Assembly (NCBI GenBank): GCA_041166245.1
Contig: JBEEFQ010000071.1
Span: 1-53,464 of the forward strand
Source: Actinomycetota bacterium
GTDB lineage: Bacteria > Actinomycetota > Acidimicrobiia > Acidimicrobiales > JAFATL01
Length of the DNA: 53,464 nt
Direction: 5' to 3'
Part shown: positions 50,264 to 53,464 of the stretch, piece after piece
How the letters are laid out: the number at the start of each line of letters is the position of its first letter
How positions within the stretch are numbered: the stretch's first letter is position 1
The notes under the pieces: model-generated
What the model saw: the letters and a program-made list of their open reading frames with translations, nothing else
What the model was told of the DNA's origin: nothing
The model's database searches: none
Program-made: the position numbers and the translations under genes

Positions 50264-51247
50264 ATGCGCCGCCGTTCCGTCATCATCTTCGTGGCTCTGC
50301 TGGCCACCGGCGCGGCCCTGGCCGGCGCGGTGGGGCCGGCCGGCGCCGCCAACCCGTCGCGCATCGAGCTGAAGCCCGACGAGAACGACAAGGCGCCCGG
50401 CCCCAAGGGGACGACCAAGACCACCGGCGGTCCCATGATCGGCCCTGGCGCGGCCGGGGGCGCAGCCCTGGGCGAGGACGCCGCCACCGCGACCTGTGCG
50501 AAGGAGGCCTCGACCCCGGCCTGCGACGTGACGACGGTCTTGTTCGCACCCAGCAACCTGCCGGCCGGTCGCAGCTTCTGGGACGAGCGCTCCGGCACGC
50601 TGCGGGTGCGCATCGACTGGCAGGACGCGTCGGGCAGCGCCGACCTCGACATGTACGTGTTCCGCAAGGCCTACCCGGGGGAGGTGGACGAGGAGGGCGC
50701 GCCGGTCGAGGGTGACGTGTTCGTCATCAGCAGCGCCAAGGACAACACCGAGCTGGGCCAGCCCGGGCCGGCCAAGTGGGAGGAGCTGAACGTCCCCGAG
50801 CCGGTGCCCAACGAGTACTACGTGTACGTCGTCTCCTTCAATGGCCAGGTCCCGCAGTTCACCGGTGTGGTCGAGCTGACCACCGGCGTGGTGCGCACCT
50901 TCGACCGGACGGCCATCACGGCCAGGACCCGAACGCCGACCAAGTCGGCCGACGGCAGCCCGGCCGCCAGCCCGCTCGGAGGCGCCAGCGAGCGCGACTT
51001 CATCACCGTCACGCCGACCGGGGTGGTCATCCGCACCGACATCGGCCGTGACGCGGCCCAGGCCAACCCCGATTCCATCTTCATCGGCAAGGCGGAGTCG
51101 CTCCGGCTGCGAGGGGCGAGCACCCGCCGGGCGCCCGAGCCGGACACGACGGTGTCCACCATCCTGGCCGTCGTGATCGCGTTGCTGCTCGTCGGCGGTG
51201 CCACCTTCTTCGGACTGCGCCGCTACCGGCGCCAGGCGACGGTATGA
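50264..51247 (+). CDS. secreted protein with PPC-like domain and C-terminal TM anchor
   Basis: Signal peptide MRRRSVIIFVALLATGAALAGAVGPAGA. DLDMYVF...EYYVYVVSF is PPC-like. C-terminal VSTILAVVIALLLVGGATFFGLRRYRRQ. Confidence 0.65.
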   Translation: MRRRSVIIFVALLATGAALAGAVGPAGAANPSRIELKPDENDKAPGPKGTTKTTGGPMIGPGAAGGAALGEDAATATCAKEASTPACDVTTVLFAPSNLPAGRSFWDERSGTLRVRIDWQDASGSADLDMYVFRKAYPGEVDEEGAPVEGDVFVISSAKDNTELGQPGPAKWEELNVPEPVPNEYYVYVVSFNGQVPQFTGVVELTTGVVRTFDRTAITARTRTPTKSADGSPAASPLGGASERDFITVTPTGVVIRTDIGRDAAQANPDSIFIGKAESLRLRGASTRRAPEPDTTVSTILAVVIALLLVGGATFFGLRRYRRQATV

Positions 51248-51735
51248 GGCGCCTCCTCGCCGTCGCCGCCGTCCTCGCAGTTGTTGTGGGGCTCTCGGGT
51301 TGCTCGTACCTGCGCCAAGACGATGAGCAGTTCGTCCTCGACATCACCATCGAGCAGATCGGCAACAAGGTGATCTTCTCGCCGTCGAAGTTCGTGGTGA
51401 ACCACCACTACGGCCGCGTCAACCTGCTCAACAACACGAGCCAGCGGCGGGGCTTCGCCATCGACGACCTGGCCGAGTACCAGGACGTGGCAAGGCGGAA
51501 GGTGAAGACCTTCGAGCTCTACGAGATGAAGAAAGGCCGGACCTACGTCTTCTACGAGTCGACGACCGAGGGCGGGGCCAAGGGCAGTATCAAGTTCGAC
51601 CCCGACGCCGAGCAGCGCCAGCGCGCCCTCGACCCGCCCCACCGACCGGGGCCGATACCGGCGGGGCCGGCTGGCGCGGAGGGTCCACCGGCAGGCGCGA
51701 ACTTGCCCGCGACGACGACCACGTCGACGCCCTGA
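51244..51735 (+). CDS. hypothetical lipoprotein (cupredoxin-like core, Pro-rich tail)
   Basis: ATGA overlap. Lipobox VVGLSGC-SY. The FSPSKFVVNHHYGRVNLLNN...GRTYVFY strand pattern is cupredoxin-like. Confidence 0.6.
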   Translation: MRRLLAVAAVLAVVVGLSGCSYLRQDDEQFVLDITIEQIGNKVIFSPSKFVVNHHYGRVNLLNNTSQRRGFAIDDLAEYQDVARRKVKTFELYEMKKGRTYVFYESTTEGGAKGSIKFDPDAEQRQRALDPPHRPGPIPAGPAGAEGPPAGANLPATTTTSTP

Positions 51736-51743
51736 GTCCTTCG

Positions 51744-52673
51744 TTGGATCTGCTCGACGAGGCGATTCAGGACCTTCGGGAGCCCCGCTTCGGCGTTGCG
51801 ATCGCGATGGTGCGCGACGGGGAGGTCGAGGTGCGTCTGTCCGAGGGCGCCGACGCCCTGTCGTCGCGATCGCGATTCGAGATCGGGTCCGTCACCAAGC
51901 CCCTCACCGCGTTGCTGCTCGCGGTGCTGGCCGAGGACGGCGTGGTTGCGCTCGAAACAACGGTGGGCGACGTCCTGGGCCCCGGTCCCAACGGCGCGGT
52001 CACGCTGGAACAGCTGGCGATTCATACGTCGGGCCTGCCTCGGCTGCCGCCCAATCTGATGGTCAACGCGTCGCTGACGCCGGACAACCCGTACTCGACG
52101 TACGGGTCCGAGGACCTGTGTGAGGCGGTGGGTCAGGAGGCGTATGGGTCGCCCGGCTCGGTGGCGTACTCGAACTTCGGTTTGATGTTGCTCGGACACC
52201 TGCTCGCCGTCGCTGCGGGCGAGCCCTTCGCGCCGCTGCTGACCCAGCGCGTGCTCGAGCCGCTGGGCATGTCCGGTGCGACGGTCGACGGCGGGGAGGA
52301 CGCCGACCGCCTGCCGGGGTACGCCGGCAACCAGCCCGTTCCTCATTGGGACCAGCCGCTGCCTGGCGCGGGCGGCGTCGAGGCCAGCATCGACGACATG
52401 GTCGCGTTCGTGCGCGCCCAGCTCGAACCCGACCGCACGCTGATCGGCGCGGCTATCCGGTCGACGCACGCGCTGCGGGCCGAGGACGCGGGCGGGACCG
52501 TGAGCCTGGGCTGGCACTGGCGAGGACCGGCGGCCTGGCACAACGGCGGCACCGGCGGGTTCTCGTCGTTCGCCGGCTTCCGCCCCGACACCGCCACCGC
52601 TGTCGTCATCCTCGCCAACCGCGCGCCCGAACCGCCGCCCGACCGCATCGGGTTCCGCCTCCTCGACGTCTGA
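51744..52673 (+). CDS. serine hydrolase, beta-lactamase (class C / PBP4-like) family
   Basis: SxxK nucleophile motif FEIGSVTKPLTALLL, YSNFG (YxN) and a late GGTGGF block. TTG start. Confidence 0.8.
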   Translation: MDLLDEAIQDLREPRFGVAIAMVRDGEVEVRLSEGADALSSRSRFEIGSVTKPLTALLLAVLAEDGVVALETTVGDVLGPGPNGAVTLEQLAIHTSGLPRLPPNLMVNASLTPDNPYSTYGSEDLCEAVGQEAYGSPGSVAYSNFGLMLLGHLLAVAAGEPFAPLLTQRVLEPLGMSGATVDGGEDADRLPGYAGNQPVPHWDQPLPGAGGVEASIDDMVAFVRAQLEPDRTLIGAAIRSTHALRAEDAGGTVSLGWHWRGPAAWHNGGTGGFSSFAGFRPDTATAVVILANRAPEPPPDRIGFRLLDV

Positions 52674-52674
52674 G

Positions 52675-53088
52675 CTAACGAGCCTTCTCGAGGAAGGGCT
52701 CGACCTTCACCACGGCGCGGTGGAGCTTGCCCGCAGCAACCAGTCCGGACTCGTCCGACACCGATGCGGTGAAGATGAGGCGGCGGCCCTCGACCTTCTC
52801 GAGGGTGACCTCGGCCTTCACGGTGGAACCGATGGCGATGGGGGCGACATGGCTGAGCTCGACCCTCGTGCCGACGGTGGTCTCGCCCGGCTCGAGGTGG
52901 CCGGCCACTGCCTTGACGGTCGCTTCTTCCATGAGGGCGAGGATCCTCGGGGTCCCCAGGACGTCGACGTCACCCGAGCACAGGGTGCGGGCGGTGTCGG
53001 CCTCCGCGACCTCGAGTTCGAGCTCTGCGCACAGGCCGGGGTCCAGGGGCACCTCGGTACGATGCCAGCGTGCCTGCCGCCCCGCCAA
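52675..53088 (-). CDS. hotdog-fold thioesterase family protein
   Basis: About 125-137 aa with VLGTPRILALMEEA...GTRVELSHVAPIAIGSTV...FTASVSDESGLVAAG, typical of FlK/PaaI-like hotdog proteins. An alternative GTG start at 53052 avoids overlap with the divergent gene. Confidence 0.7.
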   Translation of the reverse strand: MAGRQARWHRTEVPLDPGLCAELELEVAEADTARTLCSGDVDVLGTPRILALMEEATVKAVAGHLEPGETTVGTRVELSHVAPIAIGSTVKAEVTLEKVEGRRLIFTASVSDESGLVAAGKLHRAVVKVEPFLEKAR

Positions 53089-53132
53089 CCCCGCCGGTGG
53101 CTGCTGGGCGCCATCCCCATCTGGCCACGCCT

Positions 53133-53464
53133 GTGCCGGCGGGCCGGGTGCGGGTCGACATGCACCTGCACACCATGTGGTCAGGCGACGCCACGACGAC
53201 GCCCGAGGAGCTGGCCACGGCCGTGGCCGAGTCGCAGATCGACGTCCTGTGCATCACCGACCACGGCACGACCAACGGTGCGGTCGAGCTGGCCGACCGG
53301 CTCGGGTGCCGGGTGGTGGTCGGCCAAGAGGTGCGCACCGGGGTGGGCGAGATCATCGGGCTGTTCCTCACCGAGCGGGTGCCGTCGGGCCAGCGGCCCG
53401 AGGAGGTGTGCACGGCGATCACCGCCCCGGGCGGGGGCGTGTACAACCCGCAACCCTTCGATAC
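53133..53464 (+). CDS. PHP-domain metal-dependent phosphoesterase (5' fragment, runs off the window)
   Basis: The frame gives ...VRVDMHLHTMWSGDATTTPEELA...LCITDHGT..., the PHP N-terminal H-x-H motif. Absent from the ORF track because there is no in-window stop. The start is uncertain (GTG at 53070, 53097, 53133 or 53148). Confidence 0.7.
   Translation, partial: MPAGRVRVDMHLHTMWSGDATTTPEELATAVAESQIDVLCITDHGTTNGAVELADRLGCRVVVGQEVRTGVGEIIGLFLTERVPSGQRPEEVCTAITAPGGGVYNPQPFD

Noticed and set aside
1-53464. Search for tRNA, rRNA, mobile elements, prophage or integrase genes, toxin-antitoxin pairs and classical defence genes (restriction, Cas, abortive infection).
   Set aside because: - I found no cloverleaf-like or rRNA-like segments and no transposase, integrase or recombinase motifs.
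- I noticed no long direct or inverted terminal repeats, apart from the Hsp70 paralogue inversion and the 288-bp coding repeats.
- The dynamin-like pair resembles IniA/IniC, and its IniB-like neighbour points to the ini stress locus rather than a LeoA-type defence pair.

Overview
This is a 53.5 kb, very GC-rich, gene-dense chromosomal segment. It looks actinobacterial: strong GC3 bias, frequent GTG/TTG starts, and many 1-4 nt stop/start overlaps. I support about 50 protein-coding genes. I saw no rRNA or tRNA genes, no CRISPR array, and no transposase or integrase.

Most of the window is housekeeping or envelope genes:
- msrB, a VOC-fold protein, a crotonase, an SRAP peptidase and a PilZ protein
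- dxs, an IMPase-family gene, a class III cyclase, PAP2, a TPP enzyme and a thiolase pair

Four regions stand out:
1. 30356-36635, the best candidate for an undescribed system. It is a translationally coupled RiPP-like operon with two HprK-like P-loop kinases, a Pol-beta-type nucleotidyltransferase, a PqqD/RRE-fused M50 metalloprotease and an S8-like protein with a degenerate catalytic triad. Three paralogous small ORFs (41, 44 and 37 aa) sit in it and are missing from the ORF track. Each has a strong Shine-Dalgarno site, a conserved W-x-L-x-D-L-D-E-R-Q core and a C-terminal Ser. There is no lasso cyclase or other class-defining enzyme.
2. 4253-10588, an iniBAC-like locus in the order A-C-B. 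It has two dynamin-like GTPases followed by an IniB-N-terminal-domain protein built from four near-identical 288-bp repeats.
3. 10625-18610, two divergent paralogous Hsp70-ATPase/TM/ectodomain proteins. They are coupled to a LAL-type LuxR regulator, a discoidin lipoprotein and an M23 peptidase.
4. 36797-51735, an 11-gene co-directional cluster. It joins MoxR-DUF58-transglutaminase-like genes to a Liv-type ABC system whose two ATPase domains are fused to an MFS-like membrane domain.

All family calls come from motifs read by eye and should be confirmed with HMM or BLAST searches.
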